Shown: positions 27,901 to 37,767, numbered from the stretch's first letter. The stretch: 64,000 nucleotides of DNA from a virus (IMGVR_UViG_3300032280_000442:32001-96000); one strand, 5' to 3'. The notes: generated by a model not told the origin, from the sequence alone. Program-made: numbers and translations.

Positions 27901-29934
27901 ATGGAAAAAGTTATACATAAATTAATTAATGAATTTACCGAAGGGGTGGACACCTATACCCATAATGGTTCCACTTGGTTAATCTTCACCGAATCAAAAC
28001 AATGGGTAATTGAACTAACCGATTCTAAAACTTTGTGGTATAACTACAATTTTTTTAAAAGTGTTTTTTCTTATACCTCAATGGATGTTGTGGATAATCA
28101 ACAATACATCACCAAATGGGTGGAAGATAATGTTATAAATAAAGTTAAAGACACCATTTTGGAAAAAAACATTACGGAAGGTGAAGTTGAAGAAATTATT
28201 GAAAATGGGGTAAAATATACTTCGGTACTAACACATATTGATTTTGGTGAACTTGATGACACCATTCAAAATGGGATAAAAGAAACTCGTTCGGAAATAA
28301 ACATTACTGAAGGTGAAGTTGATGACATCATCCAAGATGGAGTGAAAGAAACATCCAGCAATGTAATGATGTTCCAATCAATGAAGGTTGAAGACACAAT
28401 TCAAAATGGTGTGAAAGAAATTTACGATTATAAAGGTCATAGATGGGATGTTAAAGATGTTATTCAAGATGGGGTGAGAGATATTTCCCCAATGACACAA
28501 TATACTGATTGGCAAGTTGAAGAAATAATTGAAAATGGGGTAAAAGAAATAAACCACATTAAAAATAATGTGAGAGAAACAAAACAATTTGAAGAACATC
28601 TTGCCGACACAATAGATGCTGTGATTAATGAAGGTGTGATTGAAACCAGTCATAGAAGCTTATTGAAAAGAGGAGAAATTGAAGATATCATTGATGGTGG
28701 GGTGAAGAAAACTCTTAACACTGAGTATATGCCTAATGTAATGGTTGAAGACACCATTCAAAATGGGGTGAAACACACCCAAGAAAGGATAGTCATAAAG
28801 AAATCAATAGTTGATGACGCAATTGAAAAGGGTGTGAAACATACCGAATATGGTGATTGGTTAGATGGTGATGAAAGGTTAGATGATATTGTTGAAAATG
28901 GTGTGAAGAAAACATCTTTGAAACGTGGTACTCGTCCATTTATGGTTAAAGATACCATTAAAAATGGTGTAAAGGAAACCAATCCCGTTGATGTTATGAA
29001 GTTTTTTGATAATAAAATGGAAGACGCATTACAAAATGGTGTAAAGGAAACAAAACAAAAAAACAATGCTCTTCTGATTTTAGACACTAGCGGTAGAGAA
29101 CTTATTTTAGAATCACATCTTGTCGTTAGAGATGGTGTGAAGGAAACCAATTACGACACAGATAACTATACAGATGATGTTAAAGAGGTGATAAGAGAAG
29201 GTGTGAAAGAAACCTCTCATCGTCAATACCTTAAAACCTATGATGTTAAGGATACCATTCAAGATGGAACTGAACACGACCGTTGGATTTTGGATGGATG
29301 TGACGACCCTGTTGATGTGGTTCTTGATAATGGTGTGAAAATAACTACACCCTTACTAGCTCGTGAATATACAGGAGACATTGATGAGGTTCTCGGAAAT
29401 GGTGTGAGAACTTCTCACCCACGTCAGTATGTAGGCGGAGATATAGTTGATAAGGTGATTGATAAGGGTATAATAGAAACCCACGATGATGTATATCACC
29501 ACAAAGGAAGAATTGATGGTGTGATTAAAAATGGTGTGAAAGAAACACACAGAGAAATATGTGAATACAAAGAAACCATTGATTATATTATTCAAACCGG
29601 AATTAAAGAAACAAAGACACCCGGCGATGGTGACATTTTATCAACCGTAGAATGGATGAAAGAAAATAACTCAACTAGTTACCCAAAAATGATTGATGAT
29701 GTTATTGAGAATGGTGTTAAGGAAATAAAAACACCTAACAAGGATGGTGATATTCAATCAACATTAGAATGGATGTATAAAAATAATTACCAAGATGATT
29801 ATAATGGTTCCAAAATGATTAATAATGTTATTGAGAATGGTGAAAAGATAAATGGAACTTACGCTGGCGGTCAACGTCAAAGTGAAAAATGTAAATCCGT
29901 TGTTGAATATGGAACAAAAAACCCCACCGATTAA
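27901..29934 (+). CDS. repeat protein: N-terminal paralog-family domain + about 24 '(V/I)xDxIxNGVKET' units with variable inserts
   Basis: repeats counted by hand in the translation; start moved to MEKVI. Confidence 0.8.
   Translation: MEKVIHKLINEFTEGVDTYTHNGSTWLIFTESKQWVIELTDSKTLWYNYNFFKSVFSYTSMDVVDNQQYITKWVEDNVINKVKDTILEKNITEGEVEEIIENGVKYTSVLTHIDFGELDDTIQNGIKETRSEINITEGEVDDIIQDGVKETSSNVMMFQSMKVEDTIQNGVKEIYDYKGHRWDVKDVIQDGVRDISPMTQYTDWQVEEIIENGVKEINHIKNNVRETKQFEEHLADTIDAVINEGVIETSHRSLLKRGEIEDIIDGGVKKTLNTEYMPNVMVEDTIQNGVKHTQERIVIKKSIVDDAIEKGVKHTEYGDWLDGDERLDDIVENGVKKTSLKRGTRPFMVKDTIKNGVKETNPVDVMKFFDNKMEDALQNGVKETKQKNNALLILDTSGRELILESHLVVRDGVKETNYDTDNYTDDVKEVIREGVKETSHRQYLKTYDVKDTIQDGTEHDRWILDGCDDPVDVVLDNGVKITTPLLAREYTGDIDEVLGNGVRTSHPRQYVGGDIVDKVIDKGIIETHDDVYHHKGRIDGVIKNGVKETHREICEYKETIDYIIQTGIKETKTPGDGDILSTVEWMKENNSTSYPKMIDDVIENGVKEIKTPNKDGDIQSTLEWMYKNNYQDDYNGSKMINNVIENGEKINGTYAGGQRQSEKCKSVVEYGTKNPTD
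28180..29925 (+). repeat. degenerate coding tandem repeat, about 66-nt period
   Basis: recurring gat/gaa-acc-att-caa-aat-ggt-gtg-aaa-gaa-ac cores separated by unique sequence. Confidence 0.75.
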
Positions 29935-29948
29935 AGTGGGGTTATTTT

Positions 29949-30065
29949 TTACAATTCAGATTTTAATCTTGAAAGGATTTCGTTGTTTTTATTCATTATT
30001 TTTAACTTCTTAACAACATTTACTCTGTTTTTTTTAGGTTTCCCTATTTTTTTTGATTTAGACAT
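29949..30065 (-). CDS. small basic peptide (38 aa, not in ORF track)
   Basis: hand translation MSKSKKIGKPKKNRVNVVKKLKIMNKNNEILSRLKSEL. Confidence 0.5.
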   Translation of the reverse strand: MSKSKKIGKPKKNRVNVVKKLKIMNKNNEILSRLKSEL

Positions 30066-30091
30066 AATAATGATTTATTTATAAGTATCCT

Positions 30092-30712
30092 TTACCAAGT
30101 TTTATGTATCCATTTTTTAACAATATCATTAGATGTATTAATTATCTTAGCAATTTCTTTAGTAATCATTCCTTCACCCCTTAATTTAATCATTAAATCA
30201 TATTGTTCTTTAGTTAATGACCTTCTAGTCATTGCTCTTTTTGATATTTGTTCTTCAGACCATTTAACCCACGGCTTTTTTTTACCTATATGAGATTTAG
30301 ACATTTTATCTTTTGTTTCATCACTATGAATTCTACCCACATTAAACCCGTTTGGTTTTTTAATACCTTTTAATTTTTCACTACGTTTAAAGTTAGATTC
30401 TTTAGACATTATTATTCCATTATTACCGTCACCACCTAATGTTGCGTTATACCCATTGTGATATGAATCGTATAATTGTATATATTCTATCTCTTTTTTT
30501 AATACAATTTCTTTACTATCTACTTCACATAATGTAGTAACATTCCAAGAATCAACACCATATTTTCGTATTGCATTATAAAATTTACGATTATCTCTAA
30601 TTTTTATTGCATCAGATTTATGCTCGTTCCAACGAAAATCCACAGATTTACTTGTCCAACCAATATAACATTTGTTGTTATTAATATTTTCTATTTTATA
30701 AATAAACGCCAT
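30092..30712 (-). mobile_element. GIY-YIG homing endonuclease with NUMOD3 and HTH
   Basis: FIYKI.N..NNKCYIG.T....RW.EH; GYN.T.GG; HSDETKDKMSKSH. Confidence 0.85.
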
Positions 30713-30717
30713 AATTA

Positions 30718-31074
30718 CTACCACGCCCTACAGCTCCAGTATCGTGCGGAATCTTTTGGTCCTGGATTTTCACAATGATGTCTTGCTCTAAAAGATTTAC
30801 GATGAGATGGACTATTTTTTTTAATTCTCATATTAGGGTCACCAAAATTAACCTTAACAACATTTCCTTTTCCGTTTTTAACATATACCGAGCGTTTTTT
30901 TGGCCCACCAGGAGTTAGAAATGGTTTATTGAGGGTTACTTTACGTCCCTGATATTCAGCTTCAGTCAATAAGTCACCAACAACAAAGTTGGTCTCCTCA
31001 ACTGAACCATAAAAACTATCATCCAAGTTGTTGAATAGTTTGTTGTATTGTGATTCTGTAATTATTAATTTCAT
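30718..31074 (-). CDS. leader-bearing basic protein (DUF6321-like)
   Basis: MKLIITESQY; LLTE|AEYQGRKV.LNKP...RKSFRARH.C...ARYWSC. Confidence 0.7.
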   Translation of the reverse strand: MKLIITESQYNKLFNNLDDSFYGSVEETNFVVGDLLTEAEYQGRKVTLNKPFLTPGGPKKRSVYVKNGKGNVVKVNFGDPNMRIKKNSPSHRKSFRARHHCENPGPKDSARYWSCRAW

Positions 31075-31646
31075 TTTTTTTCGTAATGTGTCATTGTTGG
31101 TTTATTTCCGGTTCCCACTTTTGGGTCTTTCTTTTCAGCTCTTCTCTTTTGTTGTGTCATCGCTTTCTTCTCATTTTTATCATATGAGGAAGCAACCTTT
31201 GGAGTTTCAGATGAAACCTTTTTTGATGGACGACATTTTGGGTATGACTTTCCATCAGCATCTTTTCTTCCACAAGGTGGATGTTTCCCGTCAACTTTTT
31301 TACTTACATCAACCCACTTCTCCTTAAACCATCTTTTCAAATCTTCATTAACATTTTCGTTTTTTGGTTTAATTCCTTTCTTCTTCATATTGATGGCAAT
31401 CGCAGCCTGTTGAGCCGGACTTGACGCTTCGTTAGTTTCCTTTTTCTTTTTTCTCCAACCACCACCTTTTGATTTATATCGTTTGGCAGCAGCTCCATTA
31501 CAATAAGCACTTGGACATACTTTATATCTTGACCTCGCCCAAGCCAAACATTGTGACCATAACGACGGGTTGGTAGGTTTGTTTTCCCCTTCAGTTATTA
31601 AACCTTCCAATATAGTTTCTTGTCTTTCTGTTATAATAAGTTTCAT
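31071..31646 (-). CDS. leader-bearing multi-module basic protein (DUF5872-like modules)
   Basis: MKLIITERQ; KPTNPSLW...PSAY...YKSKGGGW; EDL.RWFKEKWVD...PPCGR...YPKCRP. Confidence 0.7.
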   Translation of the reverse strand: MKLIITERQETILEGLITEGENKPTNPSLWSQCLAWARSRYKVCPSAYCNGAAAKRYKSKGGGWRKKKKETNEASSPAQQAAIAINMKKKGIKPKNENVNEDLKRWFKEKWVDVSKKVDGKHPPCGRKDADGKSYPKCRPSKKVSSETPKVASSYDKNEKKAMTQQKRRAEKKDPKVGTGNKPTMTHYEKK

Positions 31647-31700
31647 ATAAATAAATATCCCCCAACTTCAAAATAGAAACTGGGGGATTAACTTTATTTA

Positions 31701-31961
31701 TTACAGAACACTTCTAACGGGTAAATCATACTTACTCTCAAACCACTCACCTAACAATTCTCTAAATTCAGTTCGTCCAACACAAAAAATATGTTGAACC
31801 TCTTCTTGTAAACCCGCATTAAAAAAAACAATTTCAGCATCAACAGAATATCCAAACGAATCACATCCCTTAATAGGTTTAATCCAACCCGGGTCTTTTT
31901 CATCCGGAATTAGTTCTCCGTAACAAAATGTGTCAAAGTATTTGAATACCAAATTTTTCAT
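31701..31961 (-). CDS. W(F/V) paralog-family protein without leader
   Basis: start MKNLV after TATCTTTG-N4; LGEWFESKYDLPV. Confidence 0.65.
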   Translation of the reverse strand: MKNLVFKYFDTFCYGELIPDEKDPGWIKPIKGCDSFGYSVDAEIVFFNAGLQEEVQHIFCVGRTEFRELLGEWFESKYDLPVRSVL

Positions 31962-32007
31962 TTGACAAAGATACAAATAAAAAACCCACTATCAAAGTGG
32001 GTTTAAA

Positions 32008-32478
32008 TTATATTTCTTCTCCGAAGATATCATCCGTCCAATTCTGAGGAACAAGAATGATTATATATCCTTGTCTAACTTCAATTGATGATTCCGGTAC
32101 TATTCCTTCAAGTTGTTCCATTATCTCAGGTTTATCCTTGAAAACAACTCTCAACTTACCATCGGGAGCGGTGTCAACAACCTTATGGTTAAACCCGTCC
32201 ATAACTTCCTTGAATCTGTCAAGTCCAACTTTTTCAAACTCTTCCTGTTCATCATCAGAATCAATATCTAAGTCTCCACCTAAAAATCTTTCAGGGACAT
32301 TACTCTCCCCACCACTTTTTAGATATTCAATTTCTTCATCAGTCATACCCTCAAGACCAACCTCGTTATATAAATCTAAAATAATATCGTAGTAGTCCAT
32401 ATCGAACTGTTCATTCATAATTCTCATTACAATATTTCTTAAATCAGATTCTGTTAATTTTATAATTTTCTTTTTCAT
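32008..32478 (-). CDS. leader-bearing acidic protein
   Basis: MKKKIIKLTESDL...IMNE. Confidence 0.7.
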   Translation of the reverse strand: MKKKIIKLTESDLRNIVMRIMNEQFDMDYYDIILDLYNEVGLEGMTDEEIEYLKSGGESNVPERFLGGDLDIDSDDEQEEFEKVGLDRFKEVMDGFNHKVVDTAPDGKLRVVFKDKPEIMEQLEGIVPESSIEVRQGYIIILVPQNWTDDIFGEEI

Positions 32479-32512
32479 TTTAATTGTTTAATATAAATAT
32501 GTGGTTATTCTG

Positions 32513-32833
32513 TTACTGACATTGTTTATCGTAAAAATTCCTAAGATAATATCCAAAATTATGTACCATAAAATTATATAAATCATCTTTAGTTTTATTA
32601 TCGACATCTTCACTAGTACTTTGATAAAAATCATCAATAAGGTCTTGAACCATCATATCACAAATATCACTAATGAAATTACCTACACTATCGTATTCAC
32701 AAGCATTATTATTTTCTAAAATTGAAAATTCCAAATGGTTTTTAATTACATTATAATCATATCTTCTACGAAATGCAATTGGTATATTCTCCATCAATAA
32801 ATCTTCCTGTCTCTCAGTAATTATTATTTTCAT
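32513..32833 (-). CDS. leader-bearing protein
   Basis: MKIIITERQ..LLME. Confidence 0.7.
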   Translation of the reverse strand: MKIIITERQEDLLMENIPIAFRRRYDYNVIKNHLEFSILENNNACEYDSVGNFISDICDMMVQDLIDDFYQSTSEDVDNKTKDDLYNFMVHNFGYYLRNFYDKQCQ

Positions 32834-32840
32834 TTAGACG

Positions 32841-33161
32841 TTATAAATAAATTTTAGTTATATAAATTTTCGCATTAGGAATCCATTGCTCAATACTATA
32901 TTCAATCATTGGTAAAATTATTTCAAAATCTTCTCTATCTGTATTTAAATAAAGATTAACATTAACACTAATACCATCAGTTATTTTTATTTCATCAACA
33001 ACAATCTTTTCAACGGAACCAACCTCATTAATTTCATCCATTTCACCCAAACCCCACTCTTCATCAGCCTCTTGACGTAAGTTATTTAACTCATCATCAA
33101 GAATTTCTTGTACTAAAGTTTTTATTTGTCCAACTTTACTTTCTGTAATTATTATTTTCAT
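32841..33161 (-). CDS. leader-bearing acidic protein
   Basis: MKIIITESK. Confidence 0.7.
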   Translation of the reverse strand: MKIIITESKVGQIKTLVQEILDDELNNLRQEADEEWGLGEMDEINEVGSVEKIVVDEIKITDGISVNVNLYLNTDREDFEIILPMIEYSIEQWIPNAKIYITKIYL

Positions 33162-33523
33162 TCTTCAACCAATTTATTAATTATTTCACTTAAACTAATT
33201 CCCAACATATCAATATTAAGCATCGACAAGAAATCATAATAGTCAATTTCATAACCGGTACTTGTATCCACAATAAACCAAATTTGTTTTTCTTGTTTCT
33301 GAACCAAATAGTTATGTCCGTGAATATTTGAGAATAAGTACATCGGACCATAGTTATTTTGATAATGATTAAAAACATCTTTTCTATCACCAAATACATT
33401 ATGTTTTTCTGAACCGGTTAAATTCTCCCAACTTGTAATCATCTCAACACGATGGGTCAAATCATACCCAACATATTTGTTGATTAAGTTTTTAAATTTA
33501 TTTTCGGAAATTATTATTTTCAT
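33158..33523 (-). CDS. leader-bearing protein
   Basis: MKIIISENK. Confidence 0.7.
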   Translation of the reverse strand: MKIIISENKFKNLINKYVGYDLTHRVEMITSWENLTGSEKHNVFGDRKDVFNHYQNNYGPMYLFSNIHGHNYLVQKQEKQIWFIVDTSTGYEIDYYDFLSMLNIDMLGISLSEIINKLVEE

Positions 33524-33524
33524 A

Positions 33525-33944
33525 TTAACTACCTGTATTTAATCCGGGACAACGACCACCTTTACAAGGAGATTTAGGACCATTATCACTACCCCAAAAA
33601 GTTCTTTCCCCTTTTGGTTCAGGAGCTTCAGCAGCATTCTTCTTTGTTAAATCATCAAACTCTTTATACCATTGGTCAAAAGTTTGTCCTTTTTTCTTAC
33701 CTTCAGAATTATCATAAGATTTTTTCCAAACAATTTTATTTCTTTCTTTCTTTAAAGAATCTTTAACAGCAAACGCTTTAGCCCTTTCTTGACGTAGAGC
33801 CTCTGCCTTTTCTTTATTAAGTTCAATTTGTTTTAACCTTTGTTGTTGAGGTGTTAGAATAGTAGTCGTATTCCCACTTGATACCGGAGGTGTTGGTTGT
33901 TCAACCAAATTGTAATACTGAGATTCTGTGATTCTTATTTTCAT
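33525..33944 (-). CDS. leader-bearing protein
   Basis: MKIRITESQY..LVE; TATTTAT-N4. Confidence 0.7.
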   Translation of the reverse strand: MKIRITESQYYNLVEQPTPPVSSGNTTTILTPQQQRLKQIELNKEKAEALRQERAKAFAVKDSLKKERNKIVWKKSYDNSEGKKKGQTFDQWYKEFDDLTKKNAAEAPEPKGERTFWGSDNGPKSPCKGGRCPGLNTGS

Positions 33945-33956
33945 ATTAATAAATAT

Positions 33957-34025
33957 CCCCCAACTCCGAAATAAAAGGGGGCGGGGGGATTTGAAAACGA
34001 CCGGAGGGAGTTCGGGTCCGGAAAG
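33957..34025 (+). repeat. dispersed G-rich repeat family R1, copy 1
   Basis: cccccaactccgaaataaaagggggcggggggatttgaaaacgaccggagggagttcggg; further copies at 37383 and 37768. Confidence 0.85.
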
Positions 34026-34094
34026 ACATAAAAAAAATTCACTGGATTATTTACTAGGTTAAAAATAATTACTATCTTTACAAAAAAAATAAAG

Positions 34095-34541
34095 ATGGAA
34101 AAAATTATAAAATTGTTAGAAGAACATAGACAAGAGTTCTTAAATGTGGTGGATAATTTCTATGATGAAAAATACCCAACAAAAAAACCAAAAACCCTAT
34201 GTACATTTAAAGTTGCGGGAAAACATTACGATAGTGACGTATTCACAAAAAATTATAGGTCGTTCTTATCGGATTTGACCTCATCGATGGGTCCCAAAGC
34301 ATTTAAAAAAGTTTTGGGGAGATATGTGGAATTCGACCCAAAAGATTTTCCTAAATCAGTTTTAGAAAGAGGACAATACGAACAAATCAATGACGCATTC
34401 TACTTATCCACATATTCCTCAACAGAAACAAAAATAAGTCACATTGTAGATTTATGTGAATTCTTAGATATTCCATTAGAATTAGAATATCCAAAAACTT
34501 ACTACACCGACATCGCAAGACAATTAGGTATTATACAATAA
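34095..34541 (+). CDS. hypothetical protein
   Basis: ORF with promoter-like tatctttac upstream and terminator downstream. Confidence 0.6.
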   Translation: MEKIIKLLEEHRQEFLNVVDNFYDEKYPTKKPKTLCTFKVAGKHYDSDVFTKNYRSFLSDLTSSMGPKAFKKVLGRYVEFDPKDFPKSVLERGQYEQINDAFYLSTYSSTETKISHIVDLCEFLDIPLELEYPKTYYTDIARQLGIIQ

Positions 34542-34576
34542 AAAACAAACCCCTTCTTTTCAGAGGGGGTTTTAAT

Positions 34577-34864
34577 TTATTTTTTGCGGATAAAAGTGAA
34601 AGACCCTTTTCCGTCAGTTCTTTTATAAGTTTTTCCTGATGGGTCGGAACTTAAATCTTTAACTCCTTCAATGTTACGTTCAGATGTGTTATTTAAGTTA
34701 GTAATAATTATCTTATCACCATTTACTCTATCAATTTTAAGAGATTGGTTTTGAGATTTTAATCCGTTGGTTACCATATTTCCAATGAAGACATTTCCTG
34801 AACCAATCATAAGACCTTGTTCTGAAATTAAATCATATTGTGATTCTGTTATAATAATTTTCAT
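34577..34864 (-). CDS. leader-bearing protein
   Basis: start moved to MKIIITESQY..ISE with TATTTAT-N4. Confidence 0.7.
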   Translation of the reverse strand: MKIIITESQYDLISEQGLMIGSGNVFIGNMVTNGLKSQNQSLKIDRVNGDKIIITNLNNTSERNIEGVKDLSSDPSGKTYKRTDGKGSFTFIRKK

Positions 34865-34895
34865 ATTAATAAATATACACCAATCCAAAAAAAAA

Positions 34896-35333
34896 TTACA
34901 CCTTACCAAACATATCAAAGAACTTATCCTTGTTTGTTCTTTCGGGGGGAAAGATAAATGACTGAACGTGAAAGGATACAAATTCCATCTCACTACCATA
35001 GGTCATTTTAAAATAATCCCCAATCTCCTTACCGTATTCATTCTTACTTTTCTTCATTCCATTATGATTATCAAAATATAAATCAATACCAACCAAATAC
35101 TTGTATACCGGGTCAAAAGTCATTGGGTTATAAACAGTCTGTTCTCTATACCCAACCGAAACAATATTCAAAATCTCGGGACACATCTTTACAACAACAT
35201 CCTTGAATGTTGAAGGAATAACAATTTCCTTATTATCAGGAAATTCATTGAAGGTAGGTTCCGGTGTGGCAATCCGAGACGGAACACCAACATAGGGTCC
35301 ATCATAAAATAAAATATTATCTTCGTTTTCCAT
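34896..35333 (-). CDS. hypothetical protein
   Basis: start moved to MENEDN. Confidence 0.55.
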   Translation of the reverse strand: MENEDNILFYDGPYVGVPSRIATPEPTFNEFPDNKEIVIPSTFKDVVVKMCPEILNIVSVGYREQTVYNPMTFDPVYKYLVGIDLYFDNHNGMKKSKNEYGKEIGDYFKMTYGSEMEFVSFHVQSFIFPPERTNKDKFFDMFGKV

Positions 35334-35340
35334 ACTATCT

Positions 35341-35766
35341 CTATAATTGAATTGGTAATAATCTTTCAGGTAGATATTGTTCAGGACAAACAATGGTTAT
35401 ACTATCAATGTAACCCGGATAATCCAATAAGTAACTCATATCCACCTCATAGGTTTCCCTATAGTTCAACACAATATACGGAGTGGTAACCTTATTGTCA
35501 ATTTTGATTCGAACCTTTTCAAAATCAAATTGCATAAAACGATATTCTCCATTAACTTCACCCATCAGTTTTACAACCGTTGAGGTTTCACTCTCGGAAC
35601 TCACCGAACCGGCAATCAAAAAGAACGAACCCGATGTGTGAGTCTCCGTCACATCCTTATTGACCAACTGTCTCAAATAAATTCTATCACTATGATAATC
35701 TTTATATTCCCTTGGCTGACATCCAACCATCAACAACACAGCAAATAATAACAATAACTTTTTCAT
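35341..35766 (-). CDS. lipoprotein
   Basis: lipobox LMVGC; SGSFFL; promoter TATCTTTG at 35784-35791. Confidence 0.65.
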   Translation of the reverse strand: MKKLLLLFAVLLMVGCQPREYKDYHSDRIYLRQLVNKDVTETHTSGSFFLIAGSVSSESETSTVVKLMGEVNGEYRFMQFDFEKVRIKIDNKVTTPYIVLNYRETYEVDMSYLLDYPGYIDSITIVCPEQYLPERLLPIQL

Positions 35767-35793
35767 CTTAATATATTTTTAAACAAAGATACA

Positions 35794-35823
35794 AATAAAA
35801 AACCCCACAATCAAGTGGGGGTT
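35794..35823 (-). repeat. terminator/promoter composite repeat
   Basis: aaataaaaaaccccacaatcaagtggggtt, near-identical at 36193-36221 and similar at 31975-32004. Confidence 0.75.
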
Positions 35824-35830
35824 AATTTTT

Positions 35831-36133
35831 TTACTCAGCAGAATCAAATAGCTGATTCCATCTCTTACCTTCTTCGTATGGATTACTAACATACTTGTTA
35901 AGTTCCACCATCGCCTCACTTACATTCGTAAATGGAATCTCCTTACATCCTACTCTAACAACACACCCCACACTCAAGAAACGAAGTTCAATAGTGTACT
36001 CTCTTAAGATTTGTTGTTTGTTCGGAATGTACTCTTTAGTTAATTCCCCTCCGTTACCTGTTGGTCTTGATTCAGACATCATTGGTCTGTCCCCAATTTC
36101 TCTCGGTCTTTCTGTTACGTCTTCTCCGTACAT
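35831..36133 (-). CDS. hypothetical protein
   Basis: start moved to MYGED; GCVVRVGCK. Confidence 0.55.
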   Translation of the reverse strand: MYGEDVTERPREIGDRPMMSESRPTGNGGELTKEYIPNKQQILREYTIELRFLSVGCVVRVGCKEIPFTNVSEAMVELNKYVSNPYEEGKRWNQLFDSAE

Positions 36134-36225
36134 AATATTTTTGATTAATAATTTATAATACCCAAACATAGACATTTGACTTTTAATAGTCAAATAAAAA
36201 ACCCCACAATCAAGTGGGGTTAATA

Positions 36226-37356
36226 TTATTTTATTTTTTTACTAATAGTCAGGATTCTATCTGTTGGTGAATAAACTGGTGGTTCAGGACTTTCCCAATA
36301 TCTACGACCCTGTATTATTTTATAATTACGGTATATTGGTCCATTTGATATTAAGATATAATCTGACTTATACGACAATTTAGGTGGTCTATTCCTATGT
36401 GAAAATGGAATATAATATTTACCATCTAAAGTATAGATTCCATTATTTTTAGCATTTACCGGTTGAAAAATTATTTTTTTCCCTTCATTCTCAACCACAA
36501 TTATTTCAGAATAATCGGTTTTTGTTGACGGACAAAAATTTTGAACAACTCTTGAATTAGGTAAGAATTTTTGAATATACGGTTCATAATTACTTTTAGA
36601 CATAAAAGTTGGTTTATAACTAATATTTTTAAGTAAAGTATTTAAAAATTCACCTTTAAATAACATTTCTCTTTTATCGTACACCCATTGAACAAAATCG
36701 TTATGTTCAAAAGTTTTCATTTGTTTAATATACGATTTAATAATTAAACTTATTGGGTCGTTTTCAAATATAACATAATTAAGTTTTGACCAACTAACAC
36801 CATTTTCATTAATAGAATTTGGTAGTGGATAAATATTTAAAAATCCTTCGGTTTTATCACAATATTTTGAATCATAAACACCATAATTATCACCATAGAT
36901 TTCTTTTAATGATTTTTCAATAACATTACGAAGGTCTTTACAGTAATTGTTATCACAATAACCTTTGTTAGACCTATAAACTTTTGAACGTTCATAAAAT
37001 AATCGTTCAGTTTCTTTCTCAGATAACTTACCAATATGTCGTTCAAACTTTTCATCAAAATTAATATTATATTTTCTTCTAATATCTGATAAATTCATAT
37101 AAAAATTTGAATTACCTGATTTTTGAACCAAATCTGCATCAAATATATATTCCTTCCCTGTTGTAATATCTGTGAATATAAACATTTCAGTTTCCGGATT
37201 TTTTTCAAATCGTCCCGTTGACTTAAATTGGACCATATAAATTCCAAACTGAGGTAATAAATGAGGTTCACTAAACCCATTAAAATCAATACTCTGAGTT
37301 TGTTCCTCAATCTCCTTTAATATTCTATACTGTTCTTCTGTTATAATAATTTTCAT
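36226..37356 (-). CDS. leader-bearing large hypothetical protein
   Basis: MKIIITEEQY.ILKE; TATTTAT-N4. Confidence 0.7.
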   Translation of the reverse strand: MKIIITEEQYRILKEIEEQTQSIDFNGFSEPHLLPQFGIYMVQFKSTGRFEKNPETEMFIFTDITTGKEYIFDADLVQKSGNSNFYMNLSDIRRKYNINFDEKFERHIGKLSEKETERLFYERSKVYRSNKGYCDNNYCKDLRNVIEKSLKEIYGDNYGVYDSKYCDKTEGFLNIYPLPNSINENGVSWSKLNYVIFENDPISLIIKSYIKQMKTFEHNDFVQWVYDKREMLFKGEFLNTLLKNISYKPTFMSKSNYEPYIQKFLPNSRVVQNFCPSTKTDYSEIIVVENEGKKIIFQPVNAKNNGIYTLDGKYYIPFSHRNRPPKLSYKSDYILISNGPIYRNYKIIQGRRYWESPEPPVYSPTDRILTISKKIK

Positions 37357-37382
37357 ATATATAAATATACACCAACATCAAA

Positions 37383-37436
37383 AAAAGGGGGCGGGGGGAT
37401 TTGAGAACGACCGAAGGGAGTCCGGACGGGGAAAGG
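37383..37436 (+). repeat. repeat family R1, copy 2
   Basis: aaaagggggcggggggatttgagaacgaccgaagggagtccggacggggaaagg. Confidence 0.8.
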
Positions 37437-37437
37437 T

Positions 37438-37755
37438 TTAATTTAAGTCTCTTACAAACAAATTCATATATGGTGAATTAGGTTCACCAAATTTATTGGC
37501 AACATATTCTTTACAGATATAAATCAAAGCTTCTTCATACATCCCAAACATACTTTTAGCCGTTTTAAAATCACTAATGTCAAATCTTATTGCTTCACTT
37601 TCCGTATTATATTCAAAAGCAATACGACCATCATCATTCATATATTCATACAGAACGTGGGGTGACATCATAGTAACCGGTCGTCGGGTGCGTTTCTTAT
37701 AACCCTTATAGGTCATATCAAAATATTTAAAGATGAGTTCTTTCTTTCTGTTCAT
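37438..37755 (-). CDS. hypothetical protein, divergent W(F/V) family member
   Basis: LIFKYFD as in 31701; TATTTAT-N4. Confidence 0.6.
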   Translation of the reverse strand: MNRKKELIFKYFDMTYKGYKKRTRRPVTMMSPHVLYEYMNDDGRIAFEYNTESEAIRFDISDFKTAKSMFGMYEEALIYICKEYVANKFGEPNSPYMNLFVRDLN

Positions 37756-37767
37756 ACAAATAAATAT

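Noticed and set aside
28378-29595. Minus-strand ORFs with FTPF repeats
   Set aside because: Antisense reading of the NGVK repeats
28180-29925. CRISPR array suggested by the ~66-nt repeat/spacer rhythm
   Set aside because: Repeats are degenerate at synonymous positions, all units keep one reading frame, and no cas genes are in the window; conservation is at the protein level
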